From contig NC_020304.1 in NCBI RefSeq assembly GCF_000341395.1, positions 1,740,001-1,772,000 on the forward strand: a stretch of DNA of 32,000 bases. Reading direction: 5' to 3'. A program made the translations under genes and the position numbers. The notes under the pieces are model-generated. The model searched no databases. It was not told the origin of the DNA and saw only the letters and a list, made by a program, of their open reading frames with translations. The first letter of the stretch is position 1. Each line of letters starts with the position of its first letter. This stretch comes from Desulfocapsa sulfexigens DSM 10523 (GTDB lineage: Bacteria > Desulfobacterota > Desulfobulbia > Desulfobulbales > Desulfocapsaceae). Below, in pieces: positions 16,305 to 26,634 of the stretch.

Positions 16305-16754
16305 TTAAAAAAGTTTATTGGAATCAAGGAGAAGGGTTACCGGGCCGTCGTTAACAAGTTCTACAGCCATATGGGCTTGAAATTTACCACTTGCAGTGAC
16401 TATGTTCCTTTGTCTTACTGTCTCTATAAATTTGAGGTACTGGGTCTTTGCTTTTTCGGGTAGGGCAGCACTGGAGTAGCCGGGGCGTCGTCCCTTACGG
16501 CAATCACCATAGAGGGTGAACTGGGAAACGACAAGCATGGCACCACAGCTATCAATAAGAGATCGGTTCATTTTACCATCGTTGTCTTCAAAGATGCGAA
16601 GGTTGATGATTTTGTCAACCATCCATGTGATCTCTGCTTCCCCGTCATCTTTGTGGATGCCAAGGAGTACAAGAAGTCCTGCTCCAATCTCTCCTGTTTT
16701 TTCAGAATCAACAGTAACAGATGCACTGTTGACTCGCTGAATAACTGCTCGCAT
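16305..16754 (-). CDS. dtd: D-aminoacyl-tRNA deacylase
   Basis: 149 aa. MRAVIQRVNSASVTV...GLLVLLGI...SQFTLYGDCRKGRRPGY...GKFQAHMAVELVNDGPVT is the canonical Dtd pattern. Confidence 0.9.
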   Translation of the reverse strand: MRAVIQRVNSASVTVDSEKTGEIGAGLLVLLGIHKDDGEAEITWMVDKIINLRIFEDNDGKMNRSLIDSCGAMLVVSQFTLYGDCRKGRRPGYSSAALPEKAKTQYLKFIETVRQRNIVTASGKFQAHMAVELVNDGPVTLLLDSNKLF

Positions 16755-16757
16755 ACT

Positions 16758-17369
16758 TTACACTCGAAGGTGCTTTGGTTTCAGTTCCATCCCTTTAAAA
16801 AGGATGTCCGAACATAACCAAGCCGGTTGTGGACTCGTCGGAAAAACCAACATCAAGGCGGACAACTGCACCGGAGAACATTGAAGAAGAGTTGTGACAC
16901 CACTCTTCATTGGATTCCAGGTGTTGCCTCCTACGGGGGCAGATTTAAGCAAACTGTCTTTCAGGGTGTAGTACTGCATGGCGTCACTTCGTGATGATCC
17001 CCAGGGCATGACAAACTCCATTTTGAAGTCTGTCCAGTTGTCATCTCCACTGTCTTCTACGTAGTCATCCATGTCAGAATCATTGCTACCCGCTCGGATA
17101 GTATCCTGCCTGAATCTGCCTGTGTAAGCCCGGTTTTTTGGATCCTGTCCATAGCCCTTTGCACCGCCGCCGACACCCAGGGTAAATCCCATACTCTCTG
17201 ATGAAAAGGCATAGGGCATAAGGCTGTTTTTTGTTCCTACCCTGGGGTTTTCTTCGCGGGTAAGGGTGTTTTTTACTGAGGTTCTGGGTTTCGCCTGAAG
17301 GGCTGGGACAAGAAAAATGGTTACCAGACCAAGGATGCAGAATGCTTTTAAAACTGTTGGGTAACTCAT
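16758..17369 (-). pseudogene. Decayed outer-membrane beta-barrel (Omp85/surface-antigen-like) gene with signal peptide and N-terminal part in one frame and the C-terminal strand in another
   Basis: The ATG at 17369 has SD GAGAGG 8 nt upstream. Signal peptide MSYPTVLKAFCILGLVTIFLVPALQA. The last 45 or so residues of the ORF look like out-of-frame junk. An alternative frame (16795-16881) encodes MFSGAVVRLDVGFSDESTTGLVMFGHPF-stop, a typical OMP C-terminal strand ending in Phe. Confidence 0.4.
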
Positions 17370-17416
17370 TAAGAACCTCTCTGGGTTTTTGTGTGAAAGT
17401 ATAGGTTTCAAGTAAA

Positions 17417-17456
17417 CAGAACTTAACCGAAAAAAAAATTTTTTCCAAATGTTCTG
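17417..17456 (-). terminator. Possible AT-rich hairpin terminator after the diguanylate cyclase gene
   Basis: CAGAAC (17417-17422) pairs with GTTCTG (17451-17456). An inner GAAAAA/TTTTTC stem is enclosed. On the minus strand it is followed by TTTAC. The stem is AT-rich and there is no clean U-tract, so this call is weak. Confidence 0.25.
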
Positions 17457-17588
17457 GCCGGTCCTGTAAGAGAAACTGAAAATAATTCTTAAGAAGGGAA
17501 TGTGTTGGAAAGATTACCTTATCTACAGGGCTTATGAAGGGAGGGTGTGTTGAATGTTGCACTCTTTTACCAGAACTGACCATGGACT

Positions 17589-19160
17589 TTAGGCAGAAAA
17601 ACAAAACTGATTTCGTCCTGCCTCTTTGGCCCTGTACATTGCAGCGTCAGCATTGTTTATCAGGATGGTCTGCTCAATACCATCGTCTGGAAAAAGGGCT
17701 ATACCTATGCTGGCTCCTATTGATGCTTCCTGGCCATTCAGGATAAAGGGTTGAGAGAGCTTGTCTATAATAAGCTGTGCCATTCTGATAATATCTTTAC
17801 GGTCTGTCATGGTGTTGAGGATAACGGTAAACTCATCACCACCCATGCGAGCCACGGTGTCGGATTCTCGCACTAGCTCATGAATCCTCTCTGCAACTTC
17901 CTTCAACAGCTGGTCACCAGCAGTGTGCCCAAGGCTATCGTTGACGATTTTGAATTTATCCAAATCGATAAAAAACAGAGTAAAACGGGTGTCGAGGCGT
18001 TTGCTGTCCAGAATGATACGCGATAAACGATCATGAAAAAGCTGGCGATTGGGAAGGCCGGTCAGAGTGTCGAAAGTTGCCTGGTGCCTGAGAATCTCCA
18101 CGGCCTCCCTTTCTTTTATTTTGGCCTGAGAGAGGCGCCAGCTAAACAGTATTAGTAGGGGGAGAACGAGAGTCGCAATCTGGACCAGAGAAAGCAGTAT
18201 GGATTTATTGCCGGCATTGATATCATCCTTTGTTACATGGGAGATAACTTTCCACTGGTAGTCTTTTTGCATTGTTGCCTGCGTTTTTTCGGTATGTCCT
18301 GAGTTATAGTGTTGCGATGACTGCAAAGGATGAATGGTGGCAAAGGTAAACAGACCATTGTCGCTGGTGAACTGGCCTCGTTCTGTCGCCATAATTCGTT
18401 TCCATTCCAGTGGATGAACATTGCTGAAGTTATGCTTATGATCCAGCATAAACCCCCACTCCCTTTCAGGATCAGGATGTTTGAGCCAATATCCTTCTGC
18501 GTTTACGAGGGAGGCATGGTCTCTAATATTTGCAACTGCACTGGAAAAGTTTCCGAGGAGACGCTCTGCCATGTAATTGAGTATCAGTATCCCTATTTTT
18601 TCCCCCTGATTATTGAACACAGGAGTGCCGAAGCGAATCATCGGTTTGTAGGGTTCTTCGATCCGGTCGTGCTCAATATTGAGATCAAGGGGTGAAATGT
18701 AGACCATTCCCTGATCAATGGTGATTGTTTCCTGGAAGTAGTAGCGATTCCCCTTGTTCTGCAGTGACGAAGCCGGGGCTATGGTTGCCTTGTCCTGTTT
18801 GAAGTTCACCCGAACAATCTCTACTCCTTCGGTGTTTAAAAAACGGGCCTGGTCATAGATTCCTTTGATTTGTGAGAAGAGCTGTACGTCATTCTGAAGA
18901 TTTGTGAAGGACTCAAGGGGAAGAAGCTTTTGGTCATGATGAAAGGCCTTGTTCTTTGCCAGGATAAGAAGATCGGACATGACCGTTTGAAATTCCAGGT
19001 AGATCGCGCTCTCGCCCATGCGAACATTGAGACGTTCCTTTTCAAGGCGATTCGTGTTCACCTTGTCAGTTTCAGAGAAATAGAAGTAAGTGAAAAAAAT
19101 AGAGAAGGCTATGGCCCAGGGGAGGAATATGGGAAGAAAGTATTTTAAAAAAAATTTCAT
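17589..19160 (-). CDS. Membrane-bound diguanylate cyclase with Cache-like extracytoplasmic sensor domain
   Basis: 523 aa. TM1 (FLPIFLPWAIAFSIFFTYFYF), a periplasmic domain of about 300 aa (RYYFQETITIDQGMVYISPLDLNIEHDRIEEPYKPMIRFGTPVF), then TM2. The GGDEF domain has an intact GGDEF and an RESD I-site five residues upstream. Its start overlaps the MBL gene stop by 1 nt (TAATG). Confidence 0.9.
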   Translation of the reverse strand: MKFFLKYFLPIFLPWAIAFSIFFTYFYFSETDKVNTNRLEKERLNVRMGESAIYLEFQTVMSDLLILAKNKAFHHDQKLLPLESFTNLQNDVQLFSQIKGIYDQARFLNTEGVEIVRVNFKQDKATIAPASSLQNKGNRYYFQETITIDQGMVYISPLDLNIEHDRIEEPYKPMIRFGTPVFNNQGEKIGILILNYMAERLLGNFSSAVANIRDHASLVNAEGYWLKHPDPEREWGFMLDHKHNFSNVHPLEWKRIMATERGQFTSDNGLFTFATIHPLQSSQHYNSGHTEKTQATMQKDYQWKVISHVTKDDINAGNKSILLSLVQIATLVLPLLILFSWRLSQAKIKEREAVEILRHQATFDTLTGLPNRQLFHDRLSRIILDSKRLDTRFTLFFIDLDKFKIVNDSLGHTAGDQLLKEVAERIHELVRESDTVARMGGDEFTVILNTMTDRKDIIRMAQLIIDKLSQPFILNGQEASIGASIGIALFPDDGIEQTILINNADAAMYRAKEAGRNQFCFSA

Positions 19161-20005
19161 TATGGCCAGAGTTGGTTCAGGTTCTTTTGGAGATCGAGTT
19201 TACAGGCCTTAACCTGCGGGTCATGATAAAAGGTGAACCAGCTGTTCAGTTGCTGATAGTGTCTGAAATATTCTTCCTTGCGATCGATAACCTCCAGCGG
19301 AAAGTTGTCATATGCCATAATCCACAGTGGATTGCTGTGCGCGTGGGTGGGGAAAAGATCGCCTAAATGGACTGCGGTTTCGCCTCTTGAGGTGATTTCG
19401 ATCAACTGATGTCCGCGGGTGTGACCCCCGGTGTGCCGTAGCATTATGCCGGGGATGACTTCAACATCTCCTGAAACAATCTCAAGTTGACCTTCTCTTT
19501 TCAGGAGATTGAAGTTTTTAGGCCAATAGGTGGACTGAGCACGACGGCATGGTTGTTCCACATCCTCCCACTCCGTTTTCTGTATGTAATGGACGGCGTT
19601 TGGGAACGTGAGTTCTTCTCTGCCTTCTGGGGTATGCATGACTATGCCACCGGCATGATCAAAATCACAGTGGGTAAGAAGGACATAGTCAATATCCTGT
19701 TGTGACAGGCCAATCTCTGCAAGATCTTCCACTAGAGACCAGGGAGCAGTCACCTGAAAGATGGAAAGCTGTTTTTCTGTCAGTTTATTTCCAAGGCCTG
19801 TGTCGATTATAAGATTGTGTTCTGCTGTTTTGACCAGCAGAACATCATTGGTGAATGGTAGTGTGTTGGCTGTATCAGCCTTGCACTTTTTTTCCCAGAG
19901 AACCTTTGGCACAGCGCCAAACATGGTTCCGCCATCGAGGCGAAAATTTCCGCCATTTAACCAGTAAATCTGAAAGTCACCGACAGCTAAATGTTCTGAT
20001 ACCAT
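19160..20005 (-). CDS. MBL-fold metallo-hydrolase
   Basis: 281 aa. The motif LLTHCDFDHAGG is a variant (H-C-D-F-D-H) of the canonical HxHxDH. Later residues are HTGGHTRGH and HLGDL. Its start overlaps the decarboxylase beta-subunit stop by 1 nt (TAATG). Confidence 0.8.
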   Translation of the reverse strand: MVSEHLAVGDFQIYWLNGGNFRLDGGTMFGAVPKVLWEKKCKADTANTLPFTNDVLLVKTAEHNLIIDTGLGNKLTEKQLSIFQVTAPWSLVEDLAEIGLSQQDIDYVLLTHCDFDHAGGIVMHTPEGREELTFPNAVHYIQKTEWEDVEQPCRRAQSTYWPKNFNLLKREGQLEIVSGDVEVIPGIMLRHTGGHTRGHQLIEITSRGETAVHLGDLFPTHAHSNPLWIMAYDNFPLEVIDRKEEYFRHYQQLNSWFTFYHDPQVKACKLDLQKNLNQLWP

Positions 20006-21132
20006 TAGAATGTCCCCAGGGCCGACCAGAGAACACCAGCTGCAATAGCCGATCCAATAACTCCAGCCACATTAGGTGCCATGGCATGCATAAGGAGAAA
20101 ATTACTCGGATCTTCTTTGAGACCTACTGCATGAACCACCCGTGCAGAATCTGGAACTGCAGAAACACCTGCAGCGCCAAGGAGCGGGTTGATTTTCTCT
20201 TTCAGGAAAAGATTCATAAATTTGGCAAAGAGTATCCCGCCCATGGTGGCAATAACGAAGGAGCCGGCACCAAGGACAAAGATCAGAATAGACTGGCTGG
20301 TAAGAAATGTCTGGGCCTGGGTAGAGGCACCCACTGAAAAGCCAAGGAGGATGGTTACGATATCGATTAAGGAATTTCTGGCCGTATTGGCCAGTCGTTC
20401 GGTAACCATTGATTCCTTGAGCAGGTTGCCGAAAAAGAGCATACCAAGAAGCGTCATAGAGCCTGGAGCGATAAGGGCGCAGATAAGAAAGGCGACAATA
20501 GGAAAGATGATCTTTTCTTTTTTGGATACCTGGCGTGGTGGTTTCATGTGAATGACACGCTCTTTCTTAGATGTAAGAAGGTACATGATCGGCGGCTGGA
20601 TGACAGGAACGAGTGCCATGTATGAATAGGCGGCTATGGCAATGGGACCAAGGAGTTCCGGGGCAAGCATGGAGGAAAGAAATATGGCAGTGGGGCCGTC
20701 TGCCCCACCGATGATACCTATTGCTCCAGCCTGCTCCGGGGAAAACCCGAGGTAGAGAGAACCAATAAAGGTGAGAAATACACCAATCTGGGCAGCAGCC
20801 CCCAGGAGTATCAGTTTGGGATTTGAAAGCATGGTGGAAAAGTCGGTCATTGCTCCGATTCCGAGAAAGATGAGAGGTGGATATATCCCTTTCATTACTC
20901 CAAGGTAGAGGTAGTAAAAAACTGAACCTTCAGCATAGACGGAGAGCGGCATTCCTTGAATGGGTGGGATGTTTCCCACAATAACCCCAAATCCGATGGG
21001 AACCAGCAGGAGAGGTTCATAATCCTTGGTAACAGCGAGGTAGATAAAGACAATCCCAACGGCAATCATTATGAGATTGATCCATTCCAGATGCGCAATT
21101 CCCGAGTTGTTGTAGAAGCTTAAAAGATCCAC
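20005..21132 (-). CDS. mmdB: Na+-translocating decarboxylase beta subunit (OadB/MmdB/GcdB family)
   Basis: 375-aa polytopic membrane protein. The N-terminus ...LAVTKDYEPLLLVPIGFGVIVGNIP is typical of the family. GTG start at 21132 with SD AGGGGA 7 nt upstream. Confidence 0.9.
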   Translation of the reverse strand: MDLLSFYNNSGIAHLEWINLIMIAVGIVFIYLAVTKDYEPLLLVPIGFGVIVGNIPPIQGMPLSVYAEGSVFYYLYLGVMKGIYPPLIFLGIGAMTDFSTMLSNPKLILLGAAAQIGVFLTFIGSLYLGFSPEQAGAIGIIGGADGPTAIFLSSMLAPELLGPIAIAAYSYMALVPVIQPPIMYLLTSKKERVIHMKPPRQVSKKEKIIFPIVAFLICALIAPGSMTLLGMLFFGNLLKESMVTERLANTARNSLIDIVTILLGFSVGASTQAQTFLTSQSILIFVLGAGSFVIATMGGILFAKFMNLFLKEKINPLLGAAGVSAVPDSARVVHAVGLKEDPSNFLLMHAMAPNVAGVIGSAIAAGVLWSALGTF

Positions 21133-21140
21133 TGTGTCCC

Positions 21141-21587
21141 CTATGTCAGGATGATCAGAGGCTGGCCCTGATTGACCACATCGCCTTCAGCAATGAGGAT
21201 TTCACTTACTGTCCCATCTATGGTGGCCGTAATACTGTTTTCAAGTTTCATGGCTTCCAGGACCAGTAATTTCTGTCCGGTACGCACCTGCTCGCCAAGG
21301 CTTACAGTAATACTGATAATCTGCCCTGGAATAGGGGTGAGGATGGCTCCGCTACCTGCAGTCGCAGATGCAGGTGGTGAAGCCATAGGAGCAGCTGGGG
21401 AGGCGGAGGGCATGGCAGAGATGGGAGCTCTCGCTTTGGAGTCAGCGACTGCAGTGAAATTTTCGATGGTATCAATATTAACAATATGCTGTTTGCCATT
21501 CACTTCAGCCAGCACGGCATCGTCAGTAACATCTTTAATAACAACATTATAGCTATTGTTGTTTATTTTTAGCTTGTATTCTTTCAT
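21141..21587 (-). CDS. mmdC: Biotin carboxyl carrier subunit of the decarboxylase (MmdC-like)
   Basis: 148 aa. Ala/Pro-rich linker (PSASPAAPMASPPASATAGSG) followed by a biotinyl domain with LVLEAMKLEN (biotin-lysine motif). Confidence 0.85.
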   Translation of the reverse strand: MKEYKLKINNNSYNVVIKDVTDDAVLAEVNGKQHIVNIDTIENFTAVADSKARAPISAMPSASPAAPMASPPASATAGSGAILTPIPGQIISITVSLGEQVRTGQKLLVLEAMKLENSITATIDGTVSEILIAEGDVVNQGQPLIILT

Positions 21588-21961
21588 TTGCGATTCCAGG
21601 TGGTTGTCAATTTTCGGTTGTTCAGACTCTGCATGCGCCCTGAAACAAGCCAGGGTGATTCCATGTCACCATGGCTTTTCCAGGTGATACGTTCATCTCC
21701 ATCGGGAAAGTTGTTGTGGAGATGGAGGGCAGTGGCAATGGCCAGAAGAATTTCCTCTTCCTCTCTGTTGTCAGCAGAAGTTGTTTTGGTAGAGAGCTGT
21801 GGTTTGGGGCTTCCGAGCCTGAGAAGCTTGGGAAGCAGGGTGATGTAGATGGCTATGATCACCAATCCAGCAAAAACCAGTGTCATTCCCATGAGTGAGA
21901 ATTGCAGGGCGTCAAGTCCCGGCTGGTTGAGATTGTGAAGACCTATGTTTGCAAATGTCAT
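21584..21961 (-). CDS. OadG/MmdD-like small membrane-anchor subunit of the Na+-pumping decarboxylase
   Basis: 125 aa. It has a single N-terminal TM with the OadG-like LMGMTLVFAGLVIIAIYITLL segment. ATGA overlap with the carrier-subunit gene. Confidence 0.65.
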   Translation of the reverse strand: MTFANIGLHNLNQPGLDALQFSLMGMTLVFAGLVIIAIYITLLPKLLRLGSPKPQLSTKTTSADNREEEEILLAIATALHLHNNFPDGDERITWKSHGDMESPWLVSGRMQSLNNRKLTTTWNRK

Positions 21962-22076
21962 GGCGTCGCTATGCGGTCACGGTTTTGGGTTAGTTAGGGG
22001 AAATTAGAGAACTGATCTCCGGCTTCTGGTCGTAGGATCAAGCCGAAAACCATTCCTTGTTTTGTTAACCGGTTCT

Positions 22077-23621
22077 TTACAGAGGAATATTCCCGTGTTT
22101 TTTCATGGGATTGCTGTCTCTTTTATTCTGCAGCATTCCAAGGGCTTTAATGATACGAAAGCGGGTTCGTGCCGGCTCAATGATGTCATCGACATAGCCG
22201 CGTCTTGCTGCTACGTAAGGATTGGCGACAGCGTCCTGGTATTCTTCCTCTTTGGCTGCAAGATAAGCTGCGGGGTCATCTGTTTTCTGGGCTTCCCTTC
22301 CGTATAATACCCCAACGGCTCCCTTTGCTCCCATGACGGCAATCTCAGCACAGGGCCAGGCATAGTTGATGTCACCGCGGAGATGCTTGGATGACATGAC
22401 GCAGTAAGCGCCACCATATGCTTTACGGGTGATGACAGTGATCTTGGGAATAGTCGCTTCTGCATATGCGTAGAGGATTTTTGCACCGTTGCGGATGGCA
22501 CCGCCATATTCCTGGGCGGTTCCGGGGAGAAATCCGGGGACATCAACAAAGGTGACCACTGGAATGTTGAAGCAGTCACAAAAACGGACAAAGCGGGCAC
22601 CTTTAACAGAAGAGTCAATATCCAGAACTCCCGAGAGATGTAATGGTTGATTGGCTACAATTCCCACAACTTTACCACTATATCGGGCAAATCCGATGAT
22701 AAGGTTGGGGGCGAAATTTTCTTTGATCTCAAAGAAGTCGCGGTTGTCGATACTTGCAAGAATCACTTCCTTCATATCATAGGGTGTGCTCGCACTTTCC
22801 GGAATGATAGAGTTGAGTTCTTCCGAACGACGTTCTGAGGGGTCCTGTGTGGGCAGTGTGGGTGGCGTTTCCACATTGTTTTGTGGCAAATAGCTGAGCA
22901 GTCTTTTGACATACCCAATACAGTCTGCACCAGACTGGGCAGCATAATCTGAAACCCCGGAACGCGTGGAATGCATGTCGGCACCCCCGAGTTCTTCAAC
23001 GGTTACATCTTCGTGGGTGACGGACTTGACCACCTTGGGGCCGGTGAGAAACATGTAGGAGTTGTTTTTGACCATGGCTACAAAGTCGGTGAGTGCCGGT
23101 GAATAGACCGCGCCTCCGGCGCAGGGGCCAAAAATTGCGGAGATCTGTGGCACAACACCGGAAGCCATAACATTCCGAAGAAAAATATCAGAATATCCGG
23201 CTAGGCTTTCAATACCTTCCTGAATACGAGCCCCTCCTGAATCATTGAGGCCAATAACGGGGGCTCCATTTTTTATGGCAAGATCCATGATCTTACAAAT
23301 TTTTTCAGCAAATGTCTCAGAGAGAGAGCCACCAAGAACCGTTGGGTCCTGGGCATAGACGTAGACCAGTCTGCCGTCTACCGTTCCATAGCCAGTGACC
23401 ACGCCGTCTCCAGGGAATATCTTTTTTTCCATGCCGAAATCATGGCAGCGATGGGTTTTGAACATGTCAAACTCTTCAAAAGAGCCGGGATCAAGAAGGA
23501 GATCGATTCGTTCTCTGGCGGTCATTCTGCCCTGGGCATGGAGCTTGTCGATTCGCTTCTGGCCGCCTCCGAGTCGTGCTTCGGCTCGGAGTTTCAGCAG
23601 GTTGTCGATATGGTCTGTCAT
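22077..23621 (-). CDS. mmdA: Methylmalonyl-CoA decarboxylase alpha subunit / carboxyltransferase (propionyl-CoA carboxylase beta-chain family)
   Basis: 514 aa. Motifs [88 protein letters not shown] overlap with the epimerase gene. Confidence 0.9.
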   Translation of the reverse strand: MTDHIDNLLKLRAEARLGGGQKRIDKLHAQGRMTARERIDLLLDPGSFEEFDMFKTHRCHDFGMEKKIFPGDGVVTGYGTVDGRLVYVYAQDPTVLGGSLSETFAEKICKIMDLAIKNGAPVIGLNDSGGARIQEGIESLAGYSDIFLRNVMASGVVPQISAIFGPCAGGAVYSPALTDFVAMVKNNSYMFLTGPKVVKSVTHEDVTVEELGGADMHSTRSGVSDYAAQSGADCIGYVKRLLSYLPQNNVETPPTLPTQDPSERRSEELNSIIPESASTPYDMKEVILASIDNRDFFEIKENFAPNLIIGFARYSGKVVGIVANQPLHLSGVLDIDSSVKGARFVRFCDCFNIPVVTFVDVPGFLPGTAQEYGGAIRNGAKILYAYAEATIPKITVITRKAYGGAYCVMSSKHLRGDINYAWPCAEIAVMGAKGAVGVLYGREAQKTDDPAAYLAAKEEEYQDAVANPYVAARRGYVDDIIEPARTRFRIIKALGMLQNKRDSNPMKKHGNIPL

Positions 23622-24025
23622 TTTTGTGCTCCACTGCAGAATTCAGTGAGTAGTCCATGGCTGGACTTGGGATGAAGAAAGGCTACCTGCTTGTTACCGG
23701 CTCCAGTGAAAGGTGTCTCATGGATCAGTTTGCAGCCATTTTCTCTAGCCTGCTCCAATTGTTCCTCTACATTTGTACTGCGATAGGCCACATGGTGCAA
23801 GCCTTCCCCGCGACTGCTCAGGAATTTGGCTATGGGGCTATCGTCTGTTGTGGGTTCCAGCAACTCAATGTGGGTTTCACCGAGTACAAAAAAAGCTGTA
23901 CGCACCTTCTGAGAGACAACTTCCTCTTCTTTTTCACAGGTAAGTCCGAGTATTTCTTCATAGAACTTTCGTGCTTCGGCGATGGAGTGAACGGCAATTC
24001 CTAAGTGATCTATTTTTTCTAGCAT
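23618..24025 (-). CDS. mce: Methylmalonyl-CoA epimerase (VOC/glyoxalase fold)
   Basis: [22 protein letters not shown]...[30 protein letters not shown]...[17 protein letters not shown] preferred ATG 24025. The track ORF starts at a TTG at 24055, immediately after the mutase stop. Confidence 0.85.
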   Translation of the reverse strand: MLEKIDHLGIAVHSIAEARKFYEEILGLTCEKEEEVVSQKVRTAFFVLGETHIELLEPTTDDSPIAKFLSSRGEGLHHVAYRSTNVEEQLEQARENGCKLIHETPFTGAGNKQVAFLHPKSSHGLLTEFCSGAQK

Positions 24026-24055
24026 ATTCGTATTTTTTTTATTTTTGTATTTCAA

Positions 24056-25699
24056 TCAGTCCCGATATTCTCCGAAAATTCCCCGAAGGACAGAGCATAT
24101 TTCACCGAGGCTTGCGTAAACCCGAACCGCATCAATTATCGGTTCCATAAGGTTACTTCCTGATTCAGCAGCAACTTGAAGAGCAGCCAATCTGCTCTGG
24201 ACCTCTGCCTCATCCCGTTGCTGGCGAACATTTTTCAGCGAACTCACCTGTGCTTCTTCAACTGCAGGATTGACCCGGAGCAAATCCGGCTTTACTTCTT
24301 CTTCTATCTGGAAACCATTAACGCCGACTATAACCCGTTCACCGGATTCGATTTCTTTTTGATACTCATAGGCTGCCTGCTCGATCTGCCGCTTGATAAA
24401 ACCATCTTCAATACAGGCCACCACACCTCCGGAATGTTCAATCTTTGCGATCAGTTCTTCTGCAGCAAGTTCGATGGAATCCGTAAGCTGCTCGATATAA
24501 TACGATCCGGCAAAAGGATCAACAGTATCCGCAACTCCTGATTCGTGGGCAATGATCTGCTGAGTGCGAAGTGCGGTGCGAACCGAGTCTTCGGTGGGTA
24601 GAGAGAGTGCTTCATCACGTGAATTGGTGTGGAGGCTTTGAGTGCCGCCAAGAACTGCTGCAAGAGCCTGGATGGTGACACGCACTATATTGTTATCGAT
24701 CTGTTTTGCGGCAAGGCTGCTGCCTGCTGTCTGGGCATGGAATCGCATCATCATGGAGGCCGTTTTTTTTGCTTCAAAGCGGTTTTTCATGATCCTGGCC
24801 CAGAGTCTGCGTGCAGCCCTGAATTTTGCAACCTCTTCCAGAAGGTTTGAGGATGCATTGAAAAAGAAGGCCAGGCGCTTGGCAAAATGATCTATCTCAA
24901 GCCCTGCCTCGATAGCCGTCTGCACATAGGTGATACCGTTTGCAAGTGTAAAAGCAACCTCCTGGGCAGCTGTGGAACCAGCTTCCCTGATATGATAGCC
25001 GGAGATGGAGATGGTATTGAAAAGTGGCATATTTGCGCTGCACCACTGAAAAATATCGGTGATCAGGCCAAGGGATGGTTTGGGTGGAAAAATATAGGTT
25101 CCGCGGGCAACGTATTCTTTTAAGACATCATTCTGGATGGTTCCACGAAGTTTGTCTGCAGGGATGCCCTGTTTTTCCGCCACCACAATGTACATGGCCA
25201 ACAGGACAATGGCCGGAGAGTTAATGGTCATGGAGGTGGAGATCTTGTCGAGTGGAATGTCAGCAAAGAGTGCTTCCATGTCGGCTAAGGTGTCAATGGC
25301 CACACCAACCTTGCCCACTTCACCAAGAGACATGGGGTCGTCGGAGTCGTAGCCGATCTGAGTGGGGAGGTCAAAGGCCACCGAGAGGCCGGTGGTCCCC
25401 TGAGCGAGCAGATAGCGGTAACGTTTGTTGGATTCCGATGCCGTGGAGAACCCGGCATACTGCCGCATGGTCCAGAACCTGGCCCGGTACATGGTGGGCT
25501 GAACGCCTCTGGTGTAGGGGTACTGTCCTGGAAACCCAATATGTTCCAGATAGTCGTCGTCTATGTTTTCTGGCAGGGCGAGACGCGGAACTTCAGCGTC
25601 CCCATGGAGAGTAAACTCTTCCTTTCGTTCCGGAAAACGGTTCAGGCTTGTTGAGAGTTCGTTTTCCTGCCACTCATTGTACTTTGTATTTGTGCTCAC
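24056..25699 (-). CDS. Methylmalonyl-CoA mutase, large catalytic (substrate-binding barrel) subunit of a split mutase
   Basis: 547 aa. Motifs [74 protein letters not shown] start at 25699. There is no B12 domain in this ORF. Confidence 0.9.
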   Translation of the reverse strand: MSTNTKYNEWQENELSTSLNRFPERKEEFTLHGDAEVPRLALPENIDDDYLEHIGFPGQYPYTRGVQPTMYRARFWTMRQYAGFSTASESNKRYRYLLAQGTTGLSVAFDLPTQIGYDSDDPMSLGEVGKVGVAIDTLADMEALFADIPLDKISTSMTINSPAIVLLAMYIVVAEKQGIPADKLRGTIQNDVLKEYVARGTYIFPPKPSLGLITDIFQWCSANMPLFNTISISGYHIREAGSTAAQEVAFTLANGITYVQTAIEAGLEIDHFAKRLAFFFNASSNLLEEVAKFRAARRLWARIMKNRFEAKKTASMMMRFHAQTAGSSLAAKQIDNNIVRVTIQALAAVLGGTQSLHTNSRDEALSLPTEDSVRTALRTQQIIAHESGVADTVDPFAGSYYIEQLTDSIELAAEELIAKIEHSGGVVACIEDGFIKRQIEQAAYEYQKEIESGERVIVGVNGFQIEEEVKPDLLRVNPAVEEAQVSSLKNVRQQRDEAEVQSRLAALQVAAESGSNLMEPIIDAVRVYASLGEICSVLRGIFGEYRD

Positions 25700-25713
25700 G
25701 ATGTTTTGGATTT

Positions 25714-26634
25714 TTAGAGGTTTAGTGTGTCGATCAGTTCCTGTGCTCGGACACGGGGATCACTTCTTTCAGAACATTCTGATATGGCCTGTTTTAATCC
25801 TGGCCGGAGTATTTCAAATACCCAGTCAAGCGTTTCGGCTTCCAGTGCCCTGCCACGCCGTTTTTCTTTTATGCCATTTGTTTTTATGTAGCTGGAGAAT
25901 CTATTGACTGTATTGAGAAGTTCAGCAATGCCCGCATTGTCTGTGGCTATTGTTTTAAGGACACGTTTGATTGCACTTTCCTCCTCTTTAGCGGAGAAAA
26001 TCTGTTCCATATCCATACATAGCGCTTCAGCACCTGCTATATCTGATTTGTTCACCACTAAAAAATCTGCCACTTCAAGCAATCCCGCTTTCATGGCCTG
26101 GATATCATCGCCAAAACCTGGGGCAAGTACCATAAGGGTGATGTCAGCAAGACGAACAATATCCATCTCAGACTGACCAACACCCACTGTCTCAATAAGA
26201 ATCACCTCACAGCCGGAGGCCGCCATTATACGTACTGCTGCCCCGGCTGAGGCGCACAATCCGCCAAGTCGCCCCCTGGTTGCCATGGAACGTACAACAA
26301 CATCGGGGTCAAGGGCATGATCCATCATGCGAATGCGATCACCCAGAATGGCACCTCCGCTGATGGGGGAGGAAGGATCCACCGCAATAATACCCACCCG
26401 TTTTCTCTGTTCACGCAGGGTGCGGATCAGACTGGAGGTGAGTGTGGATTTCCCGGCTCCGGGAGGGCCTGTGATCCCAAGTACCAGGACATTATCAATC
26501 AGGTCCTGGTCGAGCGCCGAAAGTATCTCAGCTGCTTCCATGCCGTTGTTTTCGACGGCAGAGATGGCCCTGCCAATGGCACGTGGGTCGTGATCCTTCA
26601 GTCCTGCAAGCAGGGCTTTACTTTTCGGTGTCAT
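25714..26634 (-). CDS. meaB: Methylmalonyl-CoA mutase-associated GTPase MeaB (ArgK family)
   Basis: P-loop [32 protein letters not shown] preferred the internal ATG 26634 ([12 protein letters not shown]...). The longer track ORF (to 26712) adds a Pro/Ser-rich tail that overlaps the B12-subunit gene. Confidence 0.85.
   Translation of the reverse strand: MTPKSKALLAGLKDHDPRAIGRAISAVENNGMEAAEILSALDQDLIDNVLVLGITGPPGAGKSTLTSSLIRTLREQRKRVGIIAVDPSSPISGGAILGDRIRMMDHALDPDVVVRSMATRGRLGGLCASAGAAVRIMAASGCEVILIETVGVGQSEMDIVRLADITLMVLAPGFGDDIQAMKAGLLEVADFLVVNKSDIAGAEALCMDMEQIFSAKEEESAIKRVLKTIATDNAGIAELLNTVNRFSSYIKTNGIKEKRRGRALEAETLDWVFEILRPGLKQAISECSERSDPRVRAQELIDTLNL

Noticed and set aside
21962-22076. 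Hairpin (8-bp stem, 14-nt loop, about 22016-22045) and AACCGGTT palindrome in the mmdA/oadG-like gap, considered as an intrinsic terminator
   Set aside because: No U-tract follows the stem on the minus strand, and the downstream genes encode subunits of the same enzyme complex. It may still be a processing site or internal promoter region, but the sequence alone does not support a call.
24026-24055. TTG-initiated 10-codon extension of the epimerase (MKYKNKKNTN)
   Set aside because: It is a Lys/Asn-rich translation of an AT-rich spacer. The conserved epimerase N-terminus ([12 protein letters not shown]) starts at the ATG at 24025.
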